From: Geodermatophilaceae bacterium
Lineage (GTDB): Bacteria > Actinomycetota > Actinomycetes > Mycobacteriales > Geodermatophilaceae
DNA: 34,138 bases
Direction: 5' to 3'
NCBI GenBank assembly: GCA_013814015.1
Contig: JACCQS010000380.1
Span: 1 to 34,138, forward strand
The notes below the pieces were generated by a model. The model did not search any database. It was not told the origin of the DNA and saw nothing but the letters and a program-made list of their open reading frames with translations. This document shows, piece by piece, positions 34,027 to 34,138 of the stretch (position 1 is the stretch's first letter; each line of letters starts with the position of its first letter). A program made the position numbers and the translations under genes.

Positions 34027-34138
34027 GTGCGCACGATCCTGGGATCCGGCCGGCGCCGGTCCAGCACTGTCAGCGTGGCTATGACAAGCGCGCTGCTGCT
34101 CGTCGGCCTGAGTGCCTGTGGCGAGAGTGGCGCCGGAG
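34027..34138 (+). CDS. Lipoprotein, 5' fragment (runs off the window)
   Basis: GGAGG (34018-34022) then GTG at 34027. Translation VRTILGSGRRRSSTVSVAMTSALLLVGLSACGESGAG has a positively charged n-region, a hydrophobic core and the lipobox L-S-A-C. Confidence 0.7.
   Translation, partial: MRTILGSGRRRSSTVSVAMTSALLLVGLSACGESGAG

Noticed and set aside
1-34138. Looked for CRISPR arrays, tRNA/rRNA, IS elements, integrases, toxin-antitoxin pairs and phage genes.
   Set aside because: No direct-repeat/spacer arrays, no cloverleaf-like or rRNA-like conserved stretches, and no DDE/tyrosine-recombinase-like ORFs were recognised by eye.

Overview
High-GC Actinomycetota chromosomal segment (GlgE alpha-glucan pathway, Emb-type arabinosyltransferase and decaprenyl-phosphate phosphoribosyltransferase genes). 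The core is a ~25 kb cell-envelope glycan locus (about 2.98-28.1 kb) lying between glgE (851-2929, -) and glgP (28183-30735, +).

The locus contains:
- dTDP-rhamnose genes (rmlB divergent from rmlA-rmlC);
- a translationally coupled emb-like arabinosyltransferase -> PAP2 phosphatase -> DPPR synthase operon;
- two head-to-head paralogous large polytopic membrane proteins (candidate GT-C enzymes);
- three GT2s, and one GT4 coupled to a GtrA-like protein;
- a GT2 -> DUF2304 -> MOP-flippase operon;
- four methyltransferases (three FkbM-type);
- a translationally coupled pair of secreted peptidoglycan enzymes (Amidase_2 and SpoIID/LytB), each ending in the same six-repeat Trp-rich propeller-like module.

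A ~5.8 kb block (emb, GT4, gtrA-like, one FkbM gene) is visibly lower in GC and uses TTA codons. The right flank holds a LysE exporter/Lrp regulator pair, an FHA protein, an orphan ABC ATPase, and an IdeR/DtxR-type iron box inside a promoter ahead of a truncated lipoprotein gene.

I recognised no rRNA, tRNA, CRISPR, transposase or integrase. Most other long ORFs in the track are antisense or shadow ORFs typical of high-GC DNA. All functional calls come from motif recognition by eye; no database search was possible.
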